A DNA stretch of 64,000 bases, taken from positions 17,792 through 81,791 of the forward strand of contig WQYD01000002.1 of the NCBI GenBank assembly GCA_009781445.1. The letters run 5' to 3'. This stretch comes from Bacillota bacterium. GTDB lineage: Bacteria; Bacillota; Clostridia; Christensenellales; DTU072. The translations under genes were made by a program, and so were the position numbers. Below the pieces are notes generated by a model, which did no database searches, had not been told where the DNA came from, and saw only the letters and a list, made by a program, of their open reading frames with translations. Positions 18,601 through 28,076 of this stretch are shown here, in pieces; the stretch's first letter is position 1, and each line of letters opens with the position of its first letter.

Positions 18601-19599
18601 ATGAATAGCATTTTAGTTACAGGCGCAAGCGGTTATATCGCTACTCACACAATCGTTGCTTTGCAAGAGGCGGGTTACAGCATTGTGGGGATTGATAATT
18701 TTTCTAACAGCACAATTGAAAGCATTGTGAACACAGAAAAGATTACAGGCAAGCCCATAAAGTTCTATGAGGGCAATGTTTGCGACACTTTGGTTTTAGA
18801 AAAGATTTTTACCGAAAATAAAATTTACGCGGTTATTCATTTCGCAGGGCTTAAGGCGGTGGGTGAAAGCTGTCAGATTCCGCTTAAATATTATCAAAAT
18901 AACTTGGGTTCAACTTTTTCGCTAATTGAAACCATGATTAAGTTTAATGTGAAAAGGCTTGTGTTCAGTTCAAGCGCAACCGTGTACGGTTCACCCGAAA
19001 AGTTGCCGATTACCGAAGATTCCCCCCTTTATACCACCAATCCTTACGGTGCAACTAAGCTAATGATTGAAAACATATTAAAAGATATTTATTCTGCCGA
19101 TAAAAGTTTTAATATCGCGCTACTTAGGTATTTTAACCCTGTGGGGGCGCACAAAAGCGGACTAATTGGCGAAAATCCGCGCGGAATCCCTAATAATTTA
19201 ATGCCTTTCGTGGCGCAAGTGGCAAGCGGAAGGCTTGAAAAGTTAAGAGTTTTCGGCGGTGATTATGATACGAAGGACGGCACAGGCGTAAGAGATTACA
19301 TTCATGTGGTGGATCTTGCTTTGGGGCATGTTTCCGCGCTTAAAAATATTGAAAAATTCGGCGCAGACGCGATTAACCTCGGCACAGGCACGGGATATAG
19401 CGTGCTTGATATGGTTAAAGCGTTTGAAAAGGCAAGCGGTGTAAAAATTCCTTATGAAATCACTGCAAGGCGCGCAGGTGATATAGCCTCTTGCTATGCC
19501 TCACCCCAAAAGGCAAAAGAACTACTTGGTTGGGAAGCGAAACTAACGCTTGACGATATGTGCGCAGACGCTTGGAACTATACGAACAGAACGCAATAA
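18601..19599 (+). CDS. galE: UDP-glucose 4-epimerase GalE
   Basis: ILVTGASGYIATH nucleotide-binding motif, YGATKLMIE (YxxxK) and DYIHVVDLALGH. Shine-Dalgarno AAAGGTGG. Confidence 0.9.
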   Translation: MNSILVTGASGYIATHTIVALQEAGYSIVGIDNFSNSTIESIVNTEKITGKPIKFYEGNVCDTLVLEKIFTENKIYAVIHFAGLKAVGESCQIPLKYYQNNLGSTFSLIETMIKFNVKRLVFSSSATVYGSPEKLPITEDSPLYTTNPYGATKLMIENILKDIYSADKSFNIALLRYFNPVGAHKSGLIGENPRGIPNNLMPFVAQVASGRLEKLRVFGGDYDTKDGTGVRDYIHVVDLALGHVSALKNIEKFGADAINLGTGTGYSVLDMVKAFEKASGVKIPYEITARRAGDIASCYASPQKAKELLGWEAKLTLDDMCADAWNYTNRTQ

Positions 19600-19625
19600 A
19601 TGCCTATTGCATTTCTTGCGTTCTG
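19587..19625 (+). terminator. Two-tier hairpin spanning the galE stop codon (possible terminator, no clear U-tract)
   Basis: CAGAACGCAA pairs with TTGCGTTCTG (10 bp), with an inner AAATGC/GCATTT stem. Confidence 0.3.
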
Positions 19626-19838
19626 CTGAGGGGGCAACCGTTCGTAATTACTCACCGCCTGCCCCCTCTCTTGCCGATAAATCGGCAACATTCACCCCTT
19701 GGCGCGGATTTATTCACGGCTAAAGCCTAAAATCCGATAGGTGGAAAACAAAAAAGTGCGATTTTTTGTTTTTCCTTTGCTACCTCAAAGAAATAAAGAC
19801 GATTTGCAAGAAACATAATTTGTGATAGTTAGCAAAAA

Positions 19839-19870
19839 GCGGAACAGTTTAGCTGTTCCGCTTTGTTGTT
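19839..19870. terminator. Bidirectional rho-independent terminator
   Basis: GCGGAACAG-tttag-CTGTTCCGC is flanked by an A-run upstream and TTTGTTGTTT downstream, so a U-tract is present on both strands. Confidence 0.6.
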
Positions 19871-20070
19871 TAGCCAAATATAGAACTTGCGACAAGGAAA
19901 ATCGCACTTTTCCGCTGTCGCCCCTTAAGGCTTTAAGACGCTGTGTGGCGCAAAAGCCCGAAAAGGGGTGAATTTTACTTTGCATAAAGTAAAAGAGGGG
20001 AAAATCGGCGAGTATCACGAGTATTTTTCCTCTCAACATAACATAAAGAAAATTAAAATTTTTATTTATG

Positions 20071-22176
20071 TTATGAAAGCGGGTGAATGAGTTGCCTGCT
20101 GTTATTGTGGTAATTGTTCCATGCTGTGCGGTACACCGAAAGGTACGGTAGCGGTACAAATATTAAAAATTCCGTGTTGTTGCCTGTTCCTGCGCCTATT
20201 GTAATTGAATCTCTTTCGTGATTGCTTGCGCTTACTTGCTTTCTTACTTCGTTTGCAAAAGCGGTTTCTGTGGGGAAATCTTCCCTCTTTATGTTCAAAT
20301 TATCTGTAAATGATATTGACACATTCGCCACATTTTTGCCCACACTTGAGTGAATTGAATATGTTTCAAAAAGATCAGTCTTGGCAGGGAAGACTATTTG
20401 CGCAAGGTTGGGCAAATCAGCAAGCGCGTGGCGCGCAACTTTCACAATTCTGTAGCTATGGATACCGTTAAAGATATCAAGTTCGCCTTTTAGCTGTTCT
20501 AACCTCTTGCTTAAAGTATCTGGCATATCAAGGCGCGAAGCCTGCGCGTTGTTAAATTTATATAAAATCACACGCATTTCACCGCTTGCCAAATGCGGTG
20601 CAATAAATAAATCGGTGTCGTTTTGCAAATCTCTAAAGTAAATTTGGTTAATATATGAATTACCGAAAGCGTTTCGGTATTCCGTAAGCAAAGCCCTTGG
20701 CACGCTTAACACAAGCCCAGGGGCAAAAGCGGATTGCCCTAAACGGGGCGGAACGGTTCCGCTAAACGATATATAGCCCTTATTTGTGCCGTTTGTTTGC
20801 GAAAAACTGCTTGAAGGGAACGCTGAACCACCTATAAGCACGATTTGAGGGGGAATTGTAACCTCAAAATTGTTTGACGGCGGGGTTAAAACGCATTCCA
20901 CCACTACGCGGGGTTCGCCGTTTTTATCTTTAAGGGTAACAAGATTAGTTCCGTTTTGGCGGGCTGTGGTTCTTTCTGCCGTGTACCAGCTTGTTCCTCT
21001 GAATGCGTCAAATTGAAGTTCATTAACCTTATCCGCGTTAACCACGGTGGCAAGCCTTTGGGTATTTAAAAACGCTTCGCGTTCAATCACGGTTATTTCG
21101 CTTAAATCCACCCTTGAAATGTAAGTATTTGAAAAAACTCTTGCATTTAACCTTACGATTCCGATAGGAAGTTCTGCAATATCAATCTTTTTGCAGTTTA
21201 AAAACGCTTCCGTGCCAAGAGATTCCAAATTTTGAGGAAGTGAAAGCCCCTCAAGGTTCTCACAGTTGCTAAAGGCGTTTCTTTCAATGTGCTTTAGCTT
21301 GCTACTGCCGTCAAAATCAAGCGTTTTTAGCGTTCTAAGGTTAAAAAACGCGTATTCTTCTATTGTTTCCACGCTTTCGGGAATCACAATCCACTCTATC
21401 TTTAATGAGATTTCATTGCCGAACCTATCTTTTGGATTAAAAGCCCTTGAAGCTATGCCCTTAATCGGCTTACCGCTGTCGCTAAATTCGGGAATTTTAA
21501 CCTCTGTGTAACCGACTGTGGGGAACATTAGCCCCAACACAAAGGTTTCGCCGTTAACTTCCTTATATAAAAGTTCGGGATTATTGTTTTTCGGCACCCA
21601 TTTTGCATAAAGGGTTATATTTTCAAGAATAACTGTGTTTGCAAAGTTAAATTCCGTTTCCGTGCCTAAATCCGAATCAGTGTGCCATGAGGCAACCGCT
21701 TCGCCACCGAATTCAACATGCATGGGTGCGTCTGCCTTGCCCCCTGGGTTCACAAGCTGATCCGCCACACCGCCTTTCCCGAATGTGTGAAAGATTACCT
21801 TAAATTTATCTAAAGGATCAACCGTGCCACCCTCTGTGGGGCGGTTTAAAAAGATATTCACGGTAGCTTCAGCCCGTCTTTCCCCGCCCGAAACCGCATA
21901 GATTTTTACAATAAAATTGCCGTTTCGCACAGCTTTTAGGGTTTTTCCGTCATTTTGCACCTCAAGAGTACCCTCTGCCCCGCTTTCAAGGCGGTATTCC
22001 GCCTGCTTGGGTTTAATTTGCATACTTGGAATCAGTGTATCAGTTTCATTTAAATAAATGTTATAAACGGCATGCGAAAAGCGTATCTCGCGTGCAACCC
22101 CCCCGCAACCTGCAATAACGAAAATAATGAGTAAACTTGTTATTAATACGAAAAAAACTCTTAACGAGGGCTTCAT
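20071..22176 (-). CDS. Surface lipoprotein with Big_2-like, List-Bact (Flg_new) and BspA-type leucine-rich repeat domains
   Basis: The start is placed at the ATG at 22176, giving MKPSLRVFFVLITSLLIIFVIAGCGG (lipobox IAGC). ITLYAKW is a Flg_new hallmark. The IPESVETIEEYAFFNLRTLKTLDF pattern is repeated, as in BspA-like LRRs. Confidence 0.8.
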   Translation of the reverse strand: MKPSLRVFFVLITSLLIIFVIAGCGGVAREIRFSHAVYNIYLNETDTLIPSMQIKPKQAEYRLESGAEGTLEVQNDGKTLKAVRNGNFIVKIYAVSGGERRAEATVNIFLNRPTEGGTVDPLDKFKVIFHTFGKGGVADQLVNPGGKADAPMHVEFGGEAVASWHTDSDLGTETEFNFANTVILENITLYAKWVPKNNNPELLYKEVNGETFVLGLMFPTVGYTEVKIPEFSDSGKPIKGIASRAFNPKDRFGNEISLKIEWIVIPESVETIEEYAFFNLRTLKTLDFDGSSKLKHIERNAFSNCENLEGLSLPQNLESLGTEAFLNCKKIDIAELPIGIVRLNARVFSNTYISRVDLSEITVIEREAFLNTQRLATVVNADKVNELQFDAFRGTSWYTAERTTARQNGTNLVTLKDKNGEPRVVVECVLTPPSNNFEVTIPPQIVLIGGSAFPSSSFSQTNGTNKGYISFSGTVPPRLGQSAFAPGLVLSVPRALLTEYRNAFGNSYINQIYFRDLQNDTDLFIAPHLASGEMRVILYKFNNAQASRLDMPDTLSKRLEQLKGELDIFNGIHSYRIVKVARHALADLPNLAQIVFPAKTDLFETYSIHSSVGKNVANVSISFTDNLNIKREDFPTETAFANEVRKQVSASNHERDSITIGAGTGNNTEFLIFVPLPYLSVYRTAWNNYHNNSRQLIHPLS

Positions 22177-22183
22177 TAAGTAT

Positions 22184-22212
22184 AGTATACGGGGTTTTAA
22201 GCAAAATAGCAA
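22184..22212 (-). promoter_or_regulatory. Candidate promoter TTGCTA-17 nt-TATACT, 7 nt upstream of the LRR lipoprotein ATG
   Basis: The minus strand reads TTGCTAttttgcttaaaaccccgTATACTatacttaATG, with no Shine-Dalgarno. Confidence 0.4.
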
Positions 22213-22220
22213 GAGAATTT

Positions 22221-22340
22221 TCAGCGCACAGCGCACAGCGCACAATGAAGGATTAATTCAGAATTAAGAATTCAGAATGCAGAATTATGGATTAATTAAC
22301 TAATGAGATTTAGAATCCACCATTGTGCGCTGTGCGCTGA
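22221..22340. repeat. Modular heptamer-array repeat cluster in the divergent promoter region
   Basis: Reverse GTGCGCT x3 array (22221-22247), reverse CTGAATT-type array, linker TTAATTAAC, and anchor ACTAATGAGATTTAGAATCC (22299-22318) with a GTGCGCT x2 array (22321-22340) complementary to the first array. Confidence 0.9.
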
Positions 22341-22367
22341 AAACCCTGAAGTTGTGCCAAATAGTGC

Positions 22368-22397
22368 CGTATTCGGTTGCTATAGCAACCGAATACG
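22368..22397. other. Perfect 13-bp stem-loop (CGTATTCGGTTGC-tata-GCAACCGAATACG) of unknown role
   Basis: Seen directly and followed by CACTTTT. It lies between the divergent LRR and giant-operon promoters. Confidence 0.5.
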
Positions 22398-22475
22398 CAC
22401 TTTTAACACAACGCACACCCACCGTTCACACCCCCTCTTTTGGTGTAATTATAGTAAATACTATCTCTTACCTGC

Positions 22476-22504
22476 TTGACACTCTTATATATATATAATA
22501 AAAT
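22476..22504 (+). promoter_or_regulatory. Candidate sigma-A promoter of the giant operon (TTGACA-17 nt-TAAAAT)
   Basis: TTGACA is at 22476-22481 and TAAAAT at 22499-22504, about 68 nt upstream of the ATG at 22572. Confidence 0.45.
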
Positions 22505-22571
22505 ATAAGCGTGCGCTACGGGGGCGCACCTTAAAATGTTTGCGAATATAGCGGATTCGCAGGAGAAATTA

Positions 22572-25500
22572 ATGAGAAACACAAAAAAACTTTTCAAATA
22601 CATAGCCTTGGTTTTGGCTCTGGTTGCGGTACTCAGCGTTATCGCAGGTTGCTCAAGGCTTGACGATGCGCGAAGCGACCCTGCGGGGAATATTCAGCAA
22701 ACCCCCACCGATCCCCCTTCTACCGACACGATTAATGTTGTAAGACCTACCGCCGCGCGCAACGCTATGAACGCGGCACTTCGCAACAGAACGAACAAAT
22801 ACGCCCCGAAGAACAATTTGCCCGAATGGTTCGTGATAGATTTGCAAATGGACTTTAGGATAGACAGATACGGCACCCCCTTAGTGCAAACCCCCACCTC
22901 AAGTTCGTCTATCAGGGTTATTTTGCAGGCGAATGTACATATTTTAAACAATAACTTCAGCGAACTTAAGCTTGAAATTTATAACAGAATTCCCACCACA
23001 ACGCAAACTTTTGCCCTTTATTATCTTGAAAAATCAGCCTACATTGAATTAGGCGCGCCCCAAGACAGGCAAAATTTTTACATAGAAGAAATTAACTTAT
23101 CCGAAGCCCTCGGCATGGTGGGCTTTATGCTTGCGGATATGGGCATAGATCCTGCTCAAATCTTTGCCGCAATGATGATTAGCACGCAAGCCACCTTAGT
23201 TCCCACGGGAATAGCGTTCTTGGATGAAGGTTTAATGGCGATTGTCGCAACGCAGATGTTTGATGCGGGGCCGAACAGTGCGCGCGAAAGAATCCGCAAT
23301 TCAGGCGGAACGGAAACGCGTGATTATGGGCTAAGGCTTACTCTTGCAGGGCTGCTTAACATGGTTGACGGCATGGATTTACTGGGCATTAAGATTGACC
23401 TTAAAAATATTTGGGGTATAATGGGCTTGCCGAATCTTGATCCGCTTTTAAATGAATTTATAGGCACGGACATAGGCGAAATCCTTAGCTTCTTGCGAAA
23501 TTCAGAGGACGCCTATATGTGGATGCTAACAAGCATGGAGGACGATGTTCCGAGGACGGAATGGAATGCGTCCGCGGGGCAACACCAAATCGTGTACGAC
23601 GGCGCAGGGCAAGCGGTTACGCACAAAGCCCCTGTGTACACGGGAATTGCGATAAACTTACCCGGCAGGAAAAGCCCCACTTATCCTAAGGGGCAATTTG
23701 ACATTGATATTTACGCGCCCTCGGTAAGGGCGTCCATGGCGGATAGAAAGACGCAAATTTGGTTTCCTGACAGGCTTACCGAAAGCGCAAAAGGCACTTC
23801 GTACCAAAAAGCAGGGCTTGGAAACCTTGAAATTGAGGGCGAATTCAGCATTCAAAGCGATCCTAACGGTGTAATCCGTTTAAATTCCGTACTCGGAACT
23901 ATGATTGATTTGGGCGGAATAGGCGAAATTCCGCTATATTTCCCCAAAGAAGGTGCGGTTTACACCTTCACAATGAATTTAAAACTCGCGCTTGATTTCT
24001 TTAATCCAAGCGGTACGCGCGCGGAGGCAATTATTTATTTTAACGATACGGATAACCCTCAGAACAAGCAACCCTTCCTTGCGCTGTCTATTGTTAACAA
24101 TAGGCTAATGATTGATTGTAGCAAACTTATAGATTTCGCAACTTACAAACAGCAAGCCCCCAACTTCGGGCAGGGGCAGGTTCCCCCTATTCCGCCGTGG
24201 CAGATTTTGCCTAACATTTCCATGGAATTTAGCATAAATTCCCTGCTTGACGGGCTTTTAGGCGGGCTTTCAAACATTTTAGATCCTAACTTTATCCGCT
24301 TGCCTATTGCACCGCAGAACAGCGCACCGCAGAACAATGCGGAAGAGGAATCGGGCGGGCTTGATATAATGCTTCTTATAAGCATTTTGGCAGGGCATTA
24401 CCAAGTGTATCCGCAAAGCGGAACTGAGAATTTAGTGCGCGTGTTTGTGGATAACAAGGGCATTAACGACATTCTAAGAATGCTTGGCATGGATGTGGGC
24501 AGTGGCGGTGTCGGCTTTTCTGAAATTGAATTTTCCATGTTTTCTAACGATCCGCTCAATACGATTGTTTTGCGCGCAGGCGTAACGGAAGAAGTTGATG
24601 TGGTTTTAAGGCTTACAAAATTCGGCTGGTTCAAACGCCCTGTGTTTGAAAACGCTTACATAAGCGATCTTGCGTTTGTGAACCTTGATGACGAACGGAT
24701 TCAGTTTATTAACCTTGAGGCTTCGGGATATTTCCAATTCGGAATCAATGAAACCAGTAGCGGAATCGTGCTTGATTTAGACGATATCGTGGGGGATATT
24801 CTTAGCAATGTAATGTTCTCACTCGGCGTAACCGAAAGTGCGGATTTCACGATAAGATATGATCTTAAAGCAGGAATTAACTTTAGAAACGCGCTTGAAT
24901 CGGGCTTATCCATAACTTTTTATATAAGCGATTTGCCCTTCCTCACCATTTATTTTGAAGCATCCTCGGATACGCTGTTCCTTGATTTTTCAAACCTCTC
25001 AAATTTGAAAACAGAGATAACCGCGCTTGCTTCCATAGGCACGATTGATAACATTAAGATAACAGGCGTGGGCATAAGTTCAATCTTAAGTTCGCTACCG
25101 CTTATAGGGGACGGCGGTTCAAACGCACCCAAAAATGCACCGATTCACCTATCTTCCACCCCTCAAGGCGTGGCGGTGGACGCACTTCTTAACTTAATTC
25201 TTGGCGCAAATCCCCTTTACTTCGCGCTTGCGAACGCAGATGCCGAAAATGAACCTGACGGCGGATTTGATTTAATGAGTTTGCTAATGGATGTTTTAGG
25301 GCAAGGCATAACGGTTGAGATCAATGACGAAATTAAATCCCTAATTATCCGTGCAGACGAAGATTTGCTTACAATCCTCGTTGCCATGCTTGGCGCAACG
25401 GCGAATATGCCCAAAATTGCATTTGCAATGAAACTTCAGCTTATCGGCGTGGGCGATCTTGACGATAACGGCTATATAAGCGTACACTTCAAGCTGTTTG

Positions 25501-28076
25501 ATGACGGCGCGGAAACGGCAATGCTTTTTGCGGATATCGTGCTGATTCAAACGGTAAGAATCCCTATTTCACGCACAGCCCCCGTTTATTTCCCCGGTTC
25601 GTTCACCCCTGGGGAATTTAAAGAACTTGACGATTATCTTGCTTCGCTTGTCCTTGCTTTCCACATTGAAGGCAACATTTCGGTGCTTGCGCCCGATAAT
25701 GATATTTACGAATCCGAACTTGTAAACGGAATGCTTGCAGGGATACTTCCCATGCTTGCAGTACGCTTCGGAATAGACGGCTTTTCAATAAACTTGCAGT
25801 ACGAACTGAAAATGATTGCGCATATTTCCGATGTTTTGGCAATTTTTAACGCAATTTCAGGCAGTGGCGAAGTTCCCGAACATTTAAATACCGAACTTTC
25901 AATCACCCTTTCGGATTTGGATTACGGCGGACGCGTGTTCGGGCTTTATATAATAGATAACAATGTTTATTTAGAACTTGATTACTTCGGTGTTGAAAAT
26001 GTTTCACTCAAAGGGGCAGGTTTATTCTTAAACGAACTGTTTAAAATGTTTGCCTCAGACGAAAGTGAACCTATAAATAAAGACGATCCCGAAAACCGTG
26101 CAATGTACCCCATTCCCTCTAACGGCGCAAGGTTTGGCACAGGCGCGGACGCGCTTCAAGGCATTGTGGTTCTGCTTTCGCCCGACAGAGTTGCTTTACA
26201 TATCGGCAAATCCGCAATTTCCGCCGTTCTCGCGCTAATGTTTGAGGATGGTTTACCCCTTGAAATCCACGGCATAAATCTTGCCGTTGATGTTTCAAGA
26301 GGCATAGCGTTAAGCATAAGCGTGGGCATTGAGGTTTTTGAAATCTCGCTTTCGCTTAGCGATTTATTTGTTTTATTTGAAAAAGATAAGCACATTGCAG
26401 GTAGCAATTATCCTGTGATAATGCTTCCTAACGATAGATTCCCCGTCCCAAGCGGGGACGGCGGAATGCCCGAATATGTGTACATTAAGTTTGAAGGCGA
26501 AATGTTTATAAGGGCAGATCAAACCGAATACGGTGACGATAGGATAATTATAAACACAAATATAAACCTTACCCCCGCCGTTAAAGCAATTTTCGGTGAG
26601 GATATTGATCTCATTGCATACCTTGAAATGCTTGGTGTGGTTGAGGGCAGAATTGCCATTGTTATTGAAGCCTCTTTAAATTTAACGCACTTTGTGAGAA
26701 GCGCGGCGCGGATTGAACTTTATTCGGGGGATACCACCCAAAATAACCGCATTTTAAGCGCGCAGTACAGAGGGCTTGAGAGGATTGATCCCGAAACAGG
26801 CGAACCAAGGGTTTACGGCGATTTATTTATAGATACAGACGCATTTGAACTCGGCAAACTTTGGGTGCAGGATGTGGGCGCGCTTATAAATGTGTTCCTT
26901 GGGCTTGAGGACAGGGATTTTGAATGGGGCGACATTGTGGGCGGTAACCCTTCCGCACCGCGCTATTCCCCTCTTTCTTCGGACGAAGTTATGGCTAAAA
27001 ATTACCTTGATATAATGTTTATCAGGGGCGGAATTTCGTTCGCGCTTACAAAAGGCTTGCTAACAGGCTTAATGCTAAGCCTCGGCGGATTTGATTTAAC
27101 CGAATTCTTTGAAAATGTGGGCGGACGCGATGAGGTTGTGTACGGCGAAATTCTAATTAGCCCCATAACCCTTGCACTCGGTGTTCACCTTGGCGGAATT
27201 GAAGCGGGGCTTAACCTCGGCAGGCCTGAATTAGTGTTTGAAAGGCTTGTGCCGATGCCCAGCGATATAGACGAATATACCCTGCTTTTAAGCCTTGAAA
27301 GGCTAAGCATAACCCTTAGCGGTGCTATTGATTTTGCGATTATTTCTGATCCTAACGGCACATATTTTGATCACATTGTGTTTGAAATAAAAGAAATGCT
27401 TGCTTTGTCAGGCACTTTTGATCAAGCACTGCTTGACAGTTTGCTGAACTTTGGCATAATCCTTCAAATTATTGCAGATTCATTCGGTGATACGCGCTTT
27501 GGCGGTGTTCTTAATTACGAAATAGAAGTTCATGTTAACTTGCTTGATATAATAGACGATTTATATCTTGCATTAAGGCTTTTTGTGTTAGACGGTGATT
27601 TCCGTACAGACATTTTGGGGCTTTATATAATGCCCGATCCCCGTGAAGGCGCAGGGCTTACCCTGCTTCTTGACGCGGAATTCCTTGGGATTGAAAAAAT
27701 CCGTGTTAACGATGTGTTCGGCTTTATTTCCGCATTCACAGGGGAAGACGGTTTAGAAAACGAACCAAACGGCACTGCCCCCAAGAACAGCGGTTTACCG
27801 CAACTGCCAAGAAACGCTTCCGCACCTGAAATTCTATCCGCCAATGTGCTGATAAGAATAGCCTCAGATCCTGCCCAAATCGCGCTTAACAAAAACGCGC
27901 CTATTCTCATAAGCATAACCGAAAGCGCGTTTTCCGCGTTGCTTGAATTTATGGATATGGGAAGCATTTTAAACCTGCTTGGGGTGCATAAGCCGTGGGC
28001 AGAAGTTTCGCTTGCAAGCGGTGATAGCCTGCTTTCCTTGGGCTTGGGCTTAAAGATTTGCTTTCGCTTACGGTAA
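22572..28076 (+). CDS. Giant modular lipoprotein, part 1 (signal peptide plus modules 1-6); probably the N-terminal portion of a protein of about 8,560 aa
   Basis: The ATG at 22572 follows AGGAGA. The signal reads MRNTKKLFKYIALVLALVAVLSVIAGCS (lipobox IAGC). It contains six copies of the unnamed module of about 300 aa (hydrophobic-Y/F-hydrophobic-D core at 23040, 24108, 24978, 25968, 26826, 27669). It stops at 28074-28076 in the middle of a module. Confidence 0.75.
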   Translation: MRNTKKLFKYIALVLALVAVLSVIAGCSRLDDARSDPAGNIQQTPTDPPSTDTINVVRPTAARNAMNAALRNRTNKYAPKNNLPEWFVIDLQMDFRIDRYGTPLVQTPTSSSSIRVILQANVHILNNNFSELKLEIYNRIPTTTQTFALYYLEKSAYIELGAPQDRQNFYIEEINLSEALGMVGFMLADMGIDPAQIFAAMMISTQATLVPTGIAFLDEGLMAIVATQMFDAGPNSARERIRNSGGTETRDYGLRLTLAGLLNMVDGMDLLGIKIDLKNIWGIMGLPNLDPLLNEFIGTDIGEILSFLRNSEDAYMWMLTSMEDDVPRTEWNASAGQHQIVYDGAGQAVTHKAPVYTGIAINLPGRKSPTYPKGQFDIDIYAPSVRASMADRKTQIWFPDRLTESAKGTSYQKAGLGNLEIEGEFSIQSDPNGVIRLNSVLGTMIDLGGIGEIPLYFPKEGAVYTFTMNLKLALDFFNPSGTRAEAIIYFNDTDNPQNKQPFLALSIVNNRLMIDCSKLIDFATYKQQAPNFGQGQVPPIPPWQILPNISMEFSINSLLDGLLGGLSNILDPNFIRLPIAPQNSAPQNNAEEESGGLDIMLLISILAGHYQVYPQSGTENLVRVFVDNKGINDILRMLGMDVGSGGVGFSEIEFSMFSNDPLNTIVLRAGVTEEVDVVLRLTKFGWFKRPVFENAYISDLAFVNLDDERIQFINLEASGYFQFGINETSSGIVLDLDDIVGDILSNVMFSLGVTESADFTIRYDLKAGINFRNALESGLSITFYISDLPFLTIYFEASSDTLFLDFSNLSNLKTEITALASIGTIDNIKITGVGISSILSSLPLIGDGGSNAPKNAPIHLSSTPQGVAVDALLNLILGANPLYFALANADAENEPDGGFDLMSLLMDVLGQGITVEINDEIKSLIIRADEDLLTILVAMLGATANMPKIAFAMKLQLIGVGDLDDNGYISVHFKLFDDGAETAMLFADIVLIQTVRIPISRTAPVYFPGSFTPGEFKELDDYLASLVLAFHIEGNISVLAPDNDIYESELVNGMLAGILPMLAVRFGIDGFSINLQYELKMIAHISDVLAIFNAISGSGEVPEHLNTELSITLSDLDYGGRVFGLYIIDNNVYLELDYFGVENVSLKGAGLFLNELFKMFASDESEPINKDDPENRAMYPIPSNGARFGTGADALQGIVVLLSPDRVALHIGKSAISAVLALMFEDGLPLEIHGINLAVDVSRGIALSISVGIEVFEISLSLSDLFVLFEKDKHIAGSNYPVIMLPNDRFPVPSGDGGMPEYVYIKFEGEMFIRADQTEYGDDRIIINTNINLTPAVKAIFGEDIDLIAYLEMLGVVEGRIAIVIEASLNLTHFVRSAARIELYSGDTTQNNRILSAQYRGLERIDPETGEPRVYGDLFIDTDAFELGKLWVQDVGALINVFLGLEDRDFEWGDIVGGNPSAPRYSPLSSDEVMAKNYLDIMFIRGGISFALTKGLLTGLMLSLGGFDLTEFFENVGGRDEVVYGEILISPITLALGVHLGGIEAGLNLGRPELVFERLVPMPSDIDEYTLLLSLERLSITLSGAIDFAIISDPNGTYFDHIVFEIKEMLALSGTFDQALLDSLLNFGIILQIIADSFGDTRFGGVLNYEIEVHVNLLDIIDDLYLALRLFVLDGDFRTDILGLYIMPDPREGAGLTLLLDAEFLGIEKIRVNDVFGFISAFTGEDGLENEPNGTAPKNSGLPQLPRNASAPEILSANVLIRIASDPAQIALNKNAPILISITESAFSALLEFMDMGSILNLLGVHKPWAEVSLASGDSLLSLGLGLKICFRLR

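Noticed and set aside
19785-20159. 124-aa minus-strand ORF in the galE/LRR intergenic region.
   Set aside because: It reads through a bidirectional terminator hairpin and the inverted-repeat blocks and overlaps the 3' end of the LRR gene. It has no Shine-Dalgarno and no recognisable motif.
22177-22245. N-terminal extension of the LRR lipoprotein ORF (MCAVRCALKILLLFCLKPRILYL...) given by the ORF track.
   Set aside because: The extension is a translation of the GTGCGCT heptamer array and the promoter region. The ATG at 22176 gives a textbook lipoprotein signal peptide.
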